NCBI GenBank assembly: GCA_030704615.1
Contig: CM060734.1
Coordinates: 49,228,001-49,292,000, forward strand
Source of the DNA: Takakia lepidozioides
Taxonomy: Eukaryota; Plantae; Bryophyta
Direction: 5' to 3'
Length of the DNA stretch: 64,000 nt
Of this stretch, positions 1 to 14,519 are shown one piece after another; positions within the stretch are counted from its first letter, which is position 1, and every line of letters starts with the position of its first letter. A model generated the notes under the pieces. It saw only the letters and a list, made by a program, of their open reading frames with translations, did not search any database and was not told where the DNA came from. The position numbers and the translations under genes were made by a program.

Positions 1-3000
1 TCTCTGATCACAGGTCTCATGTTAGGGACTGTGTTCCTTGTCTGGAAACTGGGTGCCATCCACTATAATGAGTAATAAAAGTGGGTGCCATCCCCTATCA
101 GAAACTTCTCATGTTTTAAGGACCAGTTCATGACTTCATTTGTTTCTTAAATTCCACAAGAAATGACCTAGGTTTGGTCAATGTGGAAGTACCCTTGAAA
201 TAAACCATGCATTCAATTCGTGTACTTCTGATCTTGTGTCACCAGTCTTCATCAGTCACAGCAAGTTTGAGCAAGTCATCATGAGTCATTTTTTTGGAAG
301 TTCTGGTTGTTTACAGATTCCAAGGGATGGTTGTGACATAAACTTTAAGTGAGGTGCGTGAGCAGGAATCTGGTGTTTGTCTGGCTACGGACAATATAGG
401 ACGTCGTGACTATATTGATTTGGGCATTTTGTCTCGAGGAGTAAATCTCTAAATCCTATCCTCTCTGATGTCTATGTAAAGTTGATCTGTTGATCAATTT
501 GATGCACAAAGTCCATTTAAGAGCAGTGGGGAAGGAAGGTATCCAATTTGCAGGCTGTATTCCCACCTGTTTTTGTTAGCAGAGAGAACTTTGGCTTCAG
601 AGAGGACAGCATCAGCACTGTGCACGTTTTGTTCGCGTCCTTATCTGTTAAGTGTTACCGGCATAACACTCAGACTCAGCAGCCTTTGTCTCAACTCCCT
701 TGTTGTATGTGACAAGGATGATGTGCAGCTTAAGACCTGTGGTGACTTGGACTGCATTGTATGGTTGCTTGTGGCAGCCCCCAGTAAAGTTTCGTATACT
801 CAATGGTCTTGAAGGAATAGGTTTTTCGAAGGCAATTGGTGACATAAGATTGCCAAGTATACAGGGGCGGGTTGAGATCATGATCATGCACAACCATCTT
901 TGGAGTACATGATAGAATTCCTGCACACCTGAAGTTGGGTGTCCCATGAAGTTATGCCCTTAGGTCAATACAAAGCGACTCAGGCGATGCTGTGAGAAGT
1001 GTGTGTTATCATGCCCTAGAGCTGCTGCGGCAAGCCTGTTGAGGAAGGTGTGCAGTGAGCACCCCCTGGCCCATGCCATACTGCAAGCTTCAGTCTGGAC
1101 AGTGCATGTCTACAATGTGTCTTTAATTGTTTGTTTCGTAGTTGCTTTGCTTACTTCTATATTGTGTGCAATGGAGGCAGACTAGCTTTGCCACACATCT
1201 GCCTGTGGAATATTTGCTCTTGTATGCAGTCAAGGAGGTGGCAAGGCCTTAGGTCAAGGGGGTGTAGATGGTCTAGTTACAGTTGGGATTTACACAGGTG
1301 CTGGAAGCAGTGCCAGAGTTGGAGGAGATGCATCTGGCACAGTTCATTACTATAGGCAGTGAATGCTCCACATTGCTGGGCATTGTTCATGGGCATTGCC
1401 AAATAATCTGGATGCTACAATGCACAATAAATTGCAATGACAGAGGATGGATATATTCAAAACAGCAAATGTCATCGTCACACCAACTGCTTTTGCTTGT
1501 GAGGTCTTTATCAAAATCTTGAGTGTGTACAGACTGTGACTAAAATCTTTCCATGCTGTGCAGAGCCAGAGTGTTGGTTATGTCAGATGCGCTGGAGTGT
1601 GGGAGCTCACCCATGGGTTTGAAAGCTGATCAATGTGTGCGAGTAAGGATGTTCTATGCAGCTGGTTGTCCTCTACATGAAAATAATCTTGCGAATGTGT
1701 GTATATCTAGTCAATACGTCAATACAGCTAGAAGATCAGTCACAGAAGTCCATGAAATTGTGTGTTTGCAGCCAAGATGATGCGGTTGAAATATGACTTG
1801 CACTCAGACTGCAGAGGACAGCACGTTACCAGTACAGAGACAGCAGGCAAGCCTAGAAAGATTCTGGCATGTTTCACAGAAGCAGATGAGCCTGTATTAC
1901 AAACCAAGAAAAACTGGTGGACTCTGTTGAAGGGGATACTTGTTCAAGAGGCCTGGAAATAGCCCTCAAGTCAAGCCAATGTATTCACCGCCTCTGCAAC
2001 CTTAACAAGAATGACAATACATGAGAGGAGGCAAGAACATGAAATTGTGTGCTCATATAGCATCAAGACACAAAGATTTAAGAAATATCTACCTGGTGAC
2101 TGCTTTGCATCATGGTTGTGGCAGCAGCCCTATTGATTTCAAAGGGGAGTGTGACTGGAATACACCAAAAACAAGAAAACAAAATGAATGGAAAACAGCT
2201 GTGGTAATACATCCTCAGAACATCCACAAAGCAGTCCTGAAAGATGTCGGGCTCATGCTCCAGCACCACATAAACATGTCAGGCACAAGTGTGCTAATAT
2301 TGAGGCAAGCATTACCATGTCAAAACTCATTCTCGCATCTTTGAATGAACATTCAAGAATTGATCCACACACTTTACTGCTTTATGAAACATTGATACCA
2401 ATCATTGATACAACATCCGAGAGTTACAACAGCAAGGCATGCAAAAAAGCGGCTACTATGAAGGTTTCCTGGGTGTTTCATTTCGTGTATGCCCAACTGG
2501 ACCCCCAAGCACAGCTTATATCACAAAAACAGAGATCCTTTTCCTTCTGCACGAAACAATGATATCGTGCTACGAAGTGTGATATTAACTTGGAAAAATT
2601 CAGTTCTCATGCCAAGAATTTTAAACTGAGCTTAATCTTCAAGTGTCTTGTGCACAATTTTCAAATGTATCGTTGAACACTGGTTGAAAATCGTGACACC
2701 CCAACACATCCCGCTACGAAGAATTCCCCAACAGCTTTTGACGAACAGCCGTGATAGTTTCAGCTGCGAACAATACACAAGGAACATAATAATCTCATGG
2801 AGGGGCCTTTCATGATGTTCCAGGCTCAACCTCCAGATAGGTTACTTAAGCCAGCAAGTTTGTGACAAGACCGCTACACAACCAGTTAGAGCCAGAATAA
2901 AAAGGCAACATACATGTTGTGATGTACGTAACCCCGTGCTGTGGGAAATCTGGCACAGGGCTAAAAGCACCACCTCGCTCTCTGGAGCAGTCATGGGGCC

Positions 3001-3311
3001 CTGCCTTACTAGTGGAGGCGAGGCCCATGTCAGAATGCCCCAGTCCTGCCAGGCTGCAGACAGATAATCTACATGCTAGGATATCAAGTCAAAATCCCGC
3101 CTTGCAGAGATCAGGGTTGGATTTCCAGATGTCCGATTGAGCTGACCCTTGCCCTTTCAACCTTGACGACCCATCAGTTAAAGCAGTTGCTAGCAATGAC
3201 AACACACAAACCAAGAGTACTGCATGTTGTTGCTGCTTATTAAGCTCGGCTAGCCTTGCACGACTCCAAAACTACGGCGCAATGATGTGTGATCTGTGAG
3301 AAAAATAACGG

Positions 3312-3390
3312 ACGATGCGAGGCATTCTATGCTGTTCCACACAGCAGTTTCATGGCGCAGTGTAGAGAAGCATAGAATGCCGCACATCGT
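3312..3390. ncRNA. Pre-miRNA-like fold-back hairpin (candidate)
   Basis: 5' arm ACGATGCGAGGCATTCTATGCTGTTCCACAC (3312-3342) is near-complementary to 3' arm 3360-3390 (reverse complement ACGATGTGCGGCATTCTATGCTTCTCTACAC), with a ~17-nt loop. Intergenic. Confidence 0.35.
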
Positions 3391-3782
3391 GGACTGCTCA
3401 CACTTTTTCACCATGGCCGAGTCGAGACATCACAGCACGTAAACCACCCGCATCTCAACTCCACCACACCCACTACAAACAACATCTGGCTATTCAGATC
3501 TATCCAAATCCACACCACATTTAACCTCTAAGAGTGTTGGCACCTAATATTCCCATAGCCTCACAAGGGTCTATTTTACCAAGGCAAGCAAACTCTCACA
3601 TCATGACTCTCCACAACCCACAAAGAAAACGACCAGATATGTACCTCTGACATCAGGCAAACAACAGTAACAAATACGACCTTTCAGCCATAGCAAAGCA
3701 GTAGCGCAGATATCCAAAGCAGAGCAAGCAAAACCCCTCATCAGACACACCCACTAAACTGAAAATGAGCTCTAGCAACCTC

Positions 3783-3812
3783 CTCATCTCATCTCATCTC
3801 ATCTCATCTCAT
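3783..3812. repeat. (CTCAT)n pentanucleotide microsatellite
   Basis: About 6 consecutive CTCAT units read directly. Confidence 0.9.
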
Positions 3813-4118
3813 CTTATATTTGAGGGGGGTGAAGTCATGTCCTCTTTCAATGCTGTAACCTTGTAGCAATCAACCCCAAGCCCAGACAGAGTCCTCAACG
3901 CATCGATTCGGTTGCTGAGTTCTCTACAGGCTGCCCAATCAACCTCTGCCAAGAACTATGGACAAGGGGCACCATTGCAGGGTCTGGAAATGGGGTGTGG
4001 AAGTCTCTAGCCTCTCCATCACTTATGAAGTTCGCAAAATCCTCCCCTCCCCACCCACTCCAAAAGAAACGGTAGCAGAAATAACCGTGAAGGAGCATTT
4101 GGAGAGAAACCACTCCAC

Positions 4119-4715
4119 CTAGTGCTTCTCTTCTTTCATCGCAGTCTTCTCCGCAACTCCAGCCTCAACCTCCCTGGCCTTGGTCTGTCCAGCCCTGCAG
4201 ATTGACGTAACCACCTCCGCAAGTTAGGTCTCCACCCTACCATAGCCCTGCTGGGCACATCGGTAAGGAACTCATATTTACAACGGGCTGGTACGAAAAG
4301 CTTAGCCGGATGATAAGACGCTCAAGGGAGTTGTGGAAATCAAATGCGAATGCCATTCAACATTCCGGTGTTGTAATACAGTCAGATTTTTAAGTGGTCG
4401 TCTAAGCAGGTACCAGAAAACACCTGCTCAGCAATTCCGAGGGTTTCATCTAGATCACCAGGACAGGAAGCCAAGTCTCAAAAGAGACAGATAGATGTGC
4501 TCGTCCCAGACTGTGTGATATCCGATATGAATGCATGGAGAAAACAAAACCTACTTGAAAGCAGAGTCGCCGGAGGGATGCTCCTGCTCCAACCAATGGC
4601 GGATATGCTTCATATTGCTACGGAAAGACACAGCTGATCGACGCACATCACTGCGCAGCAGCATGAACCCAGCCCCCACCGCCATCACAGTCAACACAAA
4701 GTTGGTGAGGGCCAT
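4119..4715 (-). CDS. Small (78 aa) conserved uncharacterised plant protein with N-terminal hydrophobic segment; exons 4715-4555 and 4194-4119
   Basis: ATG at 4715. A GTAGGT donor and CTGCAG acceptor join in phase to give MALTNFVLTVMAVGAGFMLLRSDVRRSAVSFRSNMKHIRHWLEQEHPSGDSAFKAGQTKAREVEAGVAEKTAMKEEKH*. This resembles a land-plant family I recall as MALTNFILTV..LLRSDV..RNVKHIRNWLEEE. Confidence 0.8.
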
Positions 4716-5782
4716 GGCGACGCTCCACCTCCAGCCTCCACTCACTCCAAACAGAGACCACACCTAATCCTTTCCCAGTACCTCGCTTCCCATATGGGTT
4801 TCTACGTTTCTACTGCGAATGGTATGTTATCTATGAGCATTCGTATGCTAGAGATCGGCAGAGAAAAGCAGGGGACACATGCTGCCAGGAACTACTGTTG
4901 CTACATGAACGAGCGCTAGAGCACTTCGACACAATAGCCCAAATCTGGAAGAAACCATCTGTGTCGTCAATTCAGTCCATGGATCGTGAACGAAACCATG
5001 CCCATTGGGCGGATGGACGATAAGCTGTCTTCCAGCTTCCGTTGATAAACATGTAGGTATCTCTGAGTGTATCCTTCGCGATACTTGACCATAGCTTATG
5101 GCAAGGCATGACAGTAGGATCTGCAAGGTTATTTCGTTTTTTCCCTGGAATCTGCTACTTGGGGGGCTGATGGTTTTGGCTTGGTTAAAACTCCAGCTGC
5201 TCAGCTTCAGCTTCTCCCTGGTGGATTTCACAGGCCAATCCAAAATGTCGAGTCTACTGACATGAGCAGCAGACAAGAGGTCCTGTGGCTTGAGGGTTGG
5301 TTCAATGCTTTCGATGAACGAAATGCTAATTGCCAGAGCACAAGGACGAGAACAGTCTAGTGATGGTGGAAAGATGTCAAAGTGCGGTTCTGATTCTGGT
5401 GTGGATGGTGGAGCTCCTTCGAAACTTGAAGATGAAAGTGAGTATGACTCACAGTGAGCCTGATTAAAGGGCAGCCTCGTCGTTCACAAGCTTGTTTAGC
5501 ATCTGTAAGTTGTCCATGCTTTGTATGTTCCTCATTGTGTACATCCGAGAGTGACGTGCATAATGCAAGGACAATGTCATTTCTCCCTTTGGGGACAGAC
5601 ATGGTGATTTTGACTTCTTGCTCAAGCTTGACTTCTTAGCTTGAGCACGTTCGGCTAGGATAAAAAATCTCAAAAGCTCCCGTGATCTAGTTAGGAGGGT
5701 GTTTGTGCATGCTCTGACTATTGATATTGCTTATATTTTAGTACCATCACCTGTTGCCTCTGGTCCTTGTACATGGCTGCAG

Positions 5783-5875
5783 GCTGGAGAGTGCCTTGGA
5801 ATACTAATAAAGATGTTCACAGTGCCATTTTTGCCTGTTTTTGAAGAATTGATCTCGTATATCATGCGGATGCTG
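5783..5875 (+). pseudogene. Orphan exon resembling importin-5 / karyopherin beta-3
   Basis: 93-nt segment bounded by CAG and GTAAT, encoding AGECLGILIKMFTVPFLPVFEELISYIMRML. This resembles the importin-5 segment VGEILGTLIKTFKASFLPFFDELSSYLTPM. No other recognisable exons nearby. Confidence 0.5.
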
Positions 5876-6603
5876 GTAATGCTGGTTCCTCTGGTCTTCT
5901 GGTTATTTGTGAATTCAAGTGCTTTTTATTGTCTGTTCAGACGGCCTACAGCACTCCTGAAATTGAGACTGAGGCAACCGGAGCTGGTAAAATTCTCACA
6001 TTGCTGCAGCTCTTGTACCCAGGTGAAGCAATGAGCTTAGAAATGCTCTGGCAGGAGTTCTTCTCGGATCCTTCACAGTGGTGCAAGAACAGGTTGAGAA
6101 GGTGAGGCCATCTTCATGTGGATTTTGTCACAGGGGGCTTGTGAAAAAGCTTCTCAAAGAAGCAAAGAACATTGTCCCCTGTTATTAGAATAGTTTTAGA
6201 CTTTTGCTTTTGTAGCCTAGTCTGCTCAAGTCTGTTATTAAATTATGGCTTCTCAGCTATCTACTTGTGGGTTTTACAGCAAAGTCTGAGATCAGTCTAC
6301 CTCAGTCACCAGTGCACAAATGAAAGCCTTTGCATAAAAAATTGGTCAAACCCTCCAGGGTGGAAGCGGAGCTGGCGACAATTATATCTTGTCAAGCATA
6401 TTCTGCTTATGAGTCTACTGTTGATGTACACCTTGGCACTCTATGTCAGGAATCCAAAAGGTATTGTCTTTGAGATTTCCAACTAAAACAGATGGAATTG
6501 GTACAAACTGTTTTCAAAACATTTGAAGAAACCTGCTCGAGAGATCATTCATTTGAGTATCTAGTCAGAGGTTGGTGACATCAGTACTTTGGAGTCATGC
6601 AGG

Positions 6604-8241
6604 ATGGCAGGGTTGGATCAGGCTCAATTGTTTGTTGGACATCCGACTGCTAACAGGGGTAGGACCTTCACTATCACCACTGCTTTGGAAAGAGGACCAA
6701 GAGAGGAAGTCAACAAGGGCTTTACGGTCACTTGTGGATATGTAAGGACCCTGTGTAAGGCAGGACGATTGAAAGAGGCGCTGCACATTTTGCACCAACA
6801 AGGCATTGTGGCCAACTCAAATACTTATATCTGTCTCTTGCAGGAGTGCATCAACCTGAAAAAACTAGAAGAGGGCAAGCAGGTGCATGCCCATATTATT
6901 CAAAGTGGATCCAAGCCAACCATCTTTCTACTCAACAACGTTATCAACATGTACATCAAGTGCGGGAGCCTGGTGAATGCACGCCAAGTATTTCATCAAA
7001 TGTCTGAACGAGACATACATACATGGACGAAGATGATGGCAGGTTGTGTCAAGCATGGACATGTTGAGGAGGCTCTCAAAATCTATGAGCAATTGCGATA
7101 CGAAGGCGTGACACCAAACAGGGTCACATTCACTTGCGTCCTCAATGGTTGTGCCAGCGTAGGAGCCCTGGAAAGGGGCAAAGAGGTTCATGCTGATATC
7201 CTTAAAGCTGAAATTGCATCTGATATCATTTTGGAGAATACCCTTGTTGACATGTATGCCAAATGTGGGAGCATGAATGATGCACATCAAGTGTTTGATA
7301 ATATGGCTGAACGGAATGTGGTGTCATGGAGTGCAATCATTGCTGGATGTGCCCAGCATGGTCATGGTATTGAGGCCCTGCATCTCTTTGAACGCATGCA
7401 ACAGGAGCGCATGCAGCCAAACAGTATCACTTTTATATCTCTTCTGTGTGCATGTAGCCATGTGGGCCTAGTGGATGAAGGCCTTCACTACTTTGATTGC
7501 ATGAGTCAAAACCATGGCCTCACACCAACTGTGGAGCATTTTGGCTGCATGGTGGACCTTCTTGGTCGTGCAGGGCGATTGGATGAGGCAGTAGACCTCA
7601 TTAGCAAATTGCCAATCAAACCCAATGCTTTGGTGTGGCGGGCCTTGCTTGGTGCCTGTAGAGTTCATGGCAATGTGCAGGTAGCAGAGCGTGCGGCAAA
7701 TAACATTATCAAGAGTGATCCACAGCACCCTGCAGCTTATGTGCTCCTATCGAACATCTATGCTGCAGCTGGTAGGTGGGACGATAAAGAAAAGGTGAGA
7801 AAATTGATGGAGGACAGGGGCGTCAGAAAGGAACAAGGGTGCAGCTACATTGAGATCAACAACAGGGTGCATGCATTTGTTGTAGAGGACAAATTGCATC
7901 CACAAATCAAGGAAATCCACGCTGAGCTGAAGCGATTGTCTGGCCAGATGAAAGAGGCTGGGTACATTCCTGATACACGCTTTGTATTGCATGATGCGGA
8001 GGAGGAACAAAGGGAACTTTCTCTCTGCCACCACAGTGAAAAGCTGGCTATTGCTTTTGGACTCATCAGCACACCCCCTGGGATGCCTCTCCGCATCATC
8101 AAGAACCTGCGGGTCTGTGGTGACTGCCACACCGCCACCAAGTTCATATCGAAGATAGTTCAGCGAGCTGTTGTTGTACGCGATGCCAACCGATTTCACC
8201 ACTTTGAAGATGGGGTGTGTTCTTGTGAGGATTACTGGTGA
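6604..8241 (+). CDS. PLS-class PPR protein with E1/E2 and DYW cytidine-deaminase domain (organellar C-to-U RNA editing factor), intronless
   Basis: ATG at 6604. L-S-P-L-S-P2-L2-S2 motifs (MYAKCG, VSWSAII, HFGCMVDLLGRAG), E domain (YVLLSNIYAAAGRW), PG-box variant KEQGCSYIE, zinc ligands HSE and CGDC, terminal CSCEDYW. Confidence 0.97.
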   Translation: MAGLDQAQLFVGHPTANRGRTFTITTALERGPREEVNKGFTVTCGYVRTLCKAGRLKEALHILHQQGIVANSNTYICLLQECINLKKLEEGKQVHAHIIQSGSKPTIFLLNNVINMYIKCGSLVNARQVFHQMSERDIHTWTKMMAGCVKHGHVEEALKIYEQLRYEGVTPNRVTFTCVLNGCASVGALERGKEVHADILKAEIASDIILENTLVDMYAKCGSMNDAHQVFDNMAERNVVSWSAIIAGCAQHGHGIEALHLFERMQQERMQPNSITFISLLCACSHVGLVDEGLHYFDCMSQNHGLTPTVEHFGCMVDLLGRAGRLDEAVDLISKLPIKPNALVWRALLGACRVHGNVQVAERAANNIIKSDPQHPAAYVLLSNIYAAAGRWDDKEKVRKLMEDRGVRKEQGCSYIEINNRVHAFVVEDKLHPQIKEIHAELKRLSGQMKEAGYIPDTRFVLHDAEEEQRELSLCHHSEKLAIAFGLISTPPGMPLRIIKNLRVCGDCHTATKFISKIVQRAVVVRDANRFHHFEDGVCSCEDYW

Positions 8242-9161
8242 AATAAGCACCATGCATAGAGAAGAGTGCATGGAAATGGCAACCGCTTGCAGGCAACTGT
8301 AGGCACGATGAAGGTCCTGAAACTTTTGAGGGCTGGAATTTGCACCAACAAACGAAGATGAACAAGAGGATCACAGAATCATCAACCAGGTGTCTAATAG
8401 TGTGATTTTCTTTGAACCCTCAACTTGTACAGTATAGGAAACTCCCTGGTTTGATTAAGATCTCTCTGCTGTGTAAATTTCTGAGCTATGCAGTCGAAAG
8501 TTTCCAAGAGAAATATAGGTGGAGGGTAATGGACAATCCCCGTATCCTCACAATTTTTTTGATCGCACCTAGAACATGTCAAATTATGTAGGATCTATTG
8601 TACAGTCCTGGAGAATGAGAGCGGCCAAAGGGTTTTGGATGAAGGTTACTATTTTCCTGGAGTGGGAAGCTTCCAAGACTTGGTTGCTGACTTGGTTCTG
8701 CCAAAATACTAGCATCATGACCACGGCCATCACAGAAATTGTTTCCAAGGAAGAGTCACTCTCAAAAAGGGTAGTATTCCAAACTGAAGAAAGGAGATTC
8801 CAAGTTAATGTGGGATTGGGCAGTCTTTGCTCTATCTTTCTCTTGCACCAATCTACAGTAAGATTCCTGTAACTGGATTGCCATGGGCTGTGAGCATTCA
8901 CCCCTAGTAGGTTCCCCCAACCTATCAGCAGTGAGGACTAGCATAAACAGCCATCCTAACAACTAATAGTGTGTCTCTTCAACAGGCAGCTGTCGAGCGA
9001 GAGAGACAGAGGGATCCGTGCCGCGACTCTCGACATCATTGTGGTTGCTGTAACAGAAAAGGTGTTGTTTTATTTCCCAGGGCGCAAACAGCTTCACTTT
9101 GCCATGGCGCAAAGAACATAGCACACGCTCTTGGATGCCTGTCCTGTGCCCATCCTCGGCA

Positions 9162-10176
9162 CTATGTCCACTTAGGGGCCCGAGGGCCAATGGCACAAAG
9201 TTGTGGAGTGGTGGAGTGGTGGATCTTCCCCTTGGTCTCAGCTCTCACTGAGCGCGTGTTTGTGTCAAGATTAATAGAGTCCATGGTATCGGCGGAGGCT
9301 GCAGAAGGAGGCTCGCGATATTGCAGCTGGGTTCTTGGATGGCCTGCACTTTTTGCTAGCGATGACGTTAAAGTGGTAAGGCTGAAGCCAGCCCTCCAAA
9401 AGAACTTGAGGGAACTGTTGAGCAACCATGTCATGATGGCGAGATACACCAAACATCCAAGGACTGAGGTGATAATCACTGGTACTTTTGGTCTCACCAC
9501 AGCAAAACCCGCTGACACAAATGCGGCGACACAACACGTGAGAGACACTGCAAACAAGCAGTTGATGCAAACCAACTTGAACAGAGTTGATGCCACAAGC
9601 TTTGCTAATTTGTGAGTGATGGCCTGCTCCACAAATAATGATTCCGGGACTTTGCCCCAAGATGCGAGCGTATCTGTGGATACATCTGATGCCTCTGCTG
9701 TCTCGATTCTCTGTGGTAATTCCTTGTCCTTTTGTATCTGTTGAATGTCTGCTTCCGCCCTTTCCAAAGGATAATCGTGGATTTGGGCGTGCAAGTCGAT
9801 GAAAGAAAAGCTTCCACTGAGACATAGCACCAGGTCAGCCACCGTGAAGAAGAAGGACAAGCTGTTAAAATAGACGAACTCTGTTAGTCTGCCATTTGAA
9901 CTGGTTTGGAGATCTGCATCAGAGGATCCTGGGGGATGCAGGAATCCAGAATATGTCACAGTGGCCAGTAAAACAAGAACAACCGCGTAAGTATTCATTG
10001 ATTGCACAAAAGCCCTGTGCATGCTCGTCAGTGTGACTTGTTTCTTTTTCTCGGCTTGCCGCTGGCTGATCAGCTTTCTCATAAGCTCTGTGGTTTCTTC
10101 CGTAACCTCATCGTTGTCAACTGCCACATGTGTGACCCTCGTTGACCTGAAGTTTCTTGGATTCAAGACGGGATTC
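9162..10176 (-). CDS. PGG-domain transmembrane region (last exon) of an ankyrin-transmembrane, ACD6/ITN1-like gene
   Basis: NTYAVVLVLLATVTYSGFLHPPG matches the PGG signature, followed by FVYFNSLSFF and further hydrophobic helices. TTTGCAG acceptor ends at 10177 on the minus strand. Confidence 0.7.
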
Positions 10177-10399
10177 CTGCAAACATTGATTCACTCAGTC
10201 TGTTGGGCATTGCAGTTACAACTCATTGCTTGTCGAAATTTAATATGATGAGGATTGGACTGAAATGGCTGTAGACTCGGCCTTGAAACAACAGGGATTC
10301 CATGGATCAGTGTATTCGGTCATAATTGAGCCACACGCTAGTATGCAGTTCCTCCCTGTGCGCTCCCAGAGATTACCTACCTTAATTTGTTCATGAGCT

Positions 10400-11900
10400 T
10401 GGCGGCATCTTCAGAAAATTGATCGAAAATTGGTCAGCACTAACCGTGCTTGCAATCCTCCCTCATCACAATTTTCCAAGAGAGGTACCATTCAATTTTC
10501 AACTTCATTTCTGGTCGCTGGAAGAGCCTGGTGGAGGTGCTGTTTGCTCACAGCAATGAAAGCTGGCCATTGGGGTGAGGAGACCGAATAGTAACCACCA
10601 TGATCCATTGCACTGGTCAAATCCATAACCGAAAGATGTCTTGAGCATTACATTTTAGTCTTTCGCCCGAAATTACTTGGGAAGTCCTGCACGAGAGAGA
10701 AAGAAGCCCAGTACTAGTTCAAAAGGTTACAATTCGTGCTCATTAAGCTGTGGCACATCAGGACCAAGTTTCAATGAATGAAAGAGCTGTGCCAGAAGAA
10801 AAGAAGACGCTGAAGACCTGAAAGACAAACAAAAGAGACCCAGAAAAGAGAAGAACCTCCCACAAGAATGCTGAAACTCAAAACCCCAGGTTTGGAGCAC
10901 CTAGAAGCACAAATCTAAGTGAATAAACAGTGCAGACACAAAATTGACATCTGAAAAATTCTCCAAGTATGATCCTCATAACTTCAAGCCATTGGATCAG
11001 ATGTACATAACTGTTTCTCTATTTTCAAATGCAGCCAACCCCACCAGAAGAGCCAGCGAATTAGCCGAAACAACAGAGCTGAGAACACAAAAGAAAGTGA
11101 GAGTTGAAAGCCGACAAAGCAACCTTGAGAAAAACCTCAATCAAGGTCAGAGAGCCAAAAACTGAAAGAAGATAAGAAAGTAGAAACACTTAAGGAATAT
11201 GGAAGATGGAAACAATCCAGGGAAGGGTAGTCTAGAAACGTACTAACACATGCTAGGACTTCAACCCTAACTGCCTCTCAACAATTGACATCCATGGAAA
11301 AAGCTTGGCCCAACTTACAGAATTACATTTGGAGTGAGAAAAAACAATGACCTTTAGTATGTTTTGTTTTTTTGTTTTTTCTTAAGGTGAATGGGGAGGA
11401 AGCCCATAAGTGAATTGTTGAATCGTTGTTTAACGCATCTCTGCGACACTGTGGTCTCCTGGTTTCTGCTCGCCTGGTATCTCCTACACGGTCCCCTGTG
11501 AATAGTCCTCATGCCAGCCTTCGGGCATGTAAGGGTTTTAATTTTTTTCCCTTCAACACTTTCAATAAAGCTCTAATTCCTCCCCTTGCAACCGGTCAAG
11601 CTGGAAGCGAAACAACAGCTGCATGTATGCTGCTCTGTTGACCCTCATTATGCGCATGGACTATGCCCTTAACTAGGTGCAATTGTGCCTTTCGTATTTG
11701 ATGGACCTCGGAGGAAAGGAGCCCAGCACAGAAGATGGCTTGAGGTTGACACAACTTCCTGCAACCAAGCTCATTAAAAATTGCTGTCATGTGATTTGAT
11801 GGAGACATTGGCTTGAGAGGTTTTACAGAGAAGAGATCTACCTGAGCTGCCTTTAGTTGTAAAGTGAGCGAGGAAATGGCATTGATTGTTGTGCAGGTAC
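10400..11900 (-). pseudogene. Degenerate upstream ankyrin-like segments of the PGG gene
   Basis: Minus-strand peptides LVKGIVHAHNEGQQSSIHAAV (ORF 11596-11997) and LTSAMDHGG (~10600) look ankyrin-like. They are interrupted by stops and retroelement tails, and the exon structure is unresolved. Confidence 0.4.
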
Positions 11901-12180
11901 ATTGACTCGTGGGAGCGATTTCGTGTCGCTCCCCACAGTGTATCTGCGACCCGGTGGTCTCTACAAGCACTATCATCACAAGTGTTAGGACCAACACATT
12001 TCATAAAGCACAAGCATGTCGTTCTGATTTGCAGACCCGATTGTCTGAACAATATAGCTGGTCGTAAAGGAGGAGCCAGGAAAAGAGAAAGCTGATAACT
12101 TTTATGATCAACGCAGAGTTGAATTTCGCTCAGGTCTTATAATAGAAAAAGTTGAGGTAAAAGAGAAAGAAAAAGTGTAG

Positions 12181-14259
<2,079 letters not shown>

Positions 14260-14519
14260 AAATTGCTCCCCATTACTAAGAACTCAGTAACCTGTTGAAG
14301 TGTCAGATGTAGAAGAAGATGGAATGCATTTTCGATGTGAAATCTTTATTCCACACCGACAGCTCACGAAGTCCGTCTCCATAGATATAGATACGAAAAT
14401 CAGCTTAGTTCTTAATGCCATCAATTCACCTATGTTATATTGTCTGATTCATATCAATGAATGTACTATTCTGAAAATTTAAAGCAAATTCTTATATTCT
14501 CCAGCTTTAAGGTATGTTC

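Noticed and set aside
1-3200. Many short ORFs and exon-like stretches
   Set aside because: No recognisable domain or consistent splice model could be built by eye; left unannotated.
7830-8241. Possible U-to-C (KP-type) DYW variant
   Set aside because: The domain has canonical HSEKLA, a PG-type box and a DYW ending, consistent with an ordinary C-to-U deaminase.
8971-9615. 214-aa plus-strand ORF
   Set aside because: Antisense shadow of the PGG-domain exon, with no motifs of its own.
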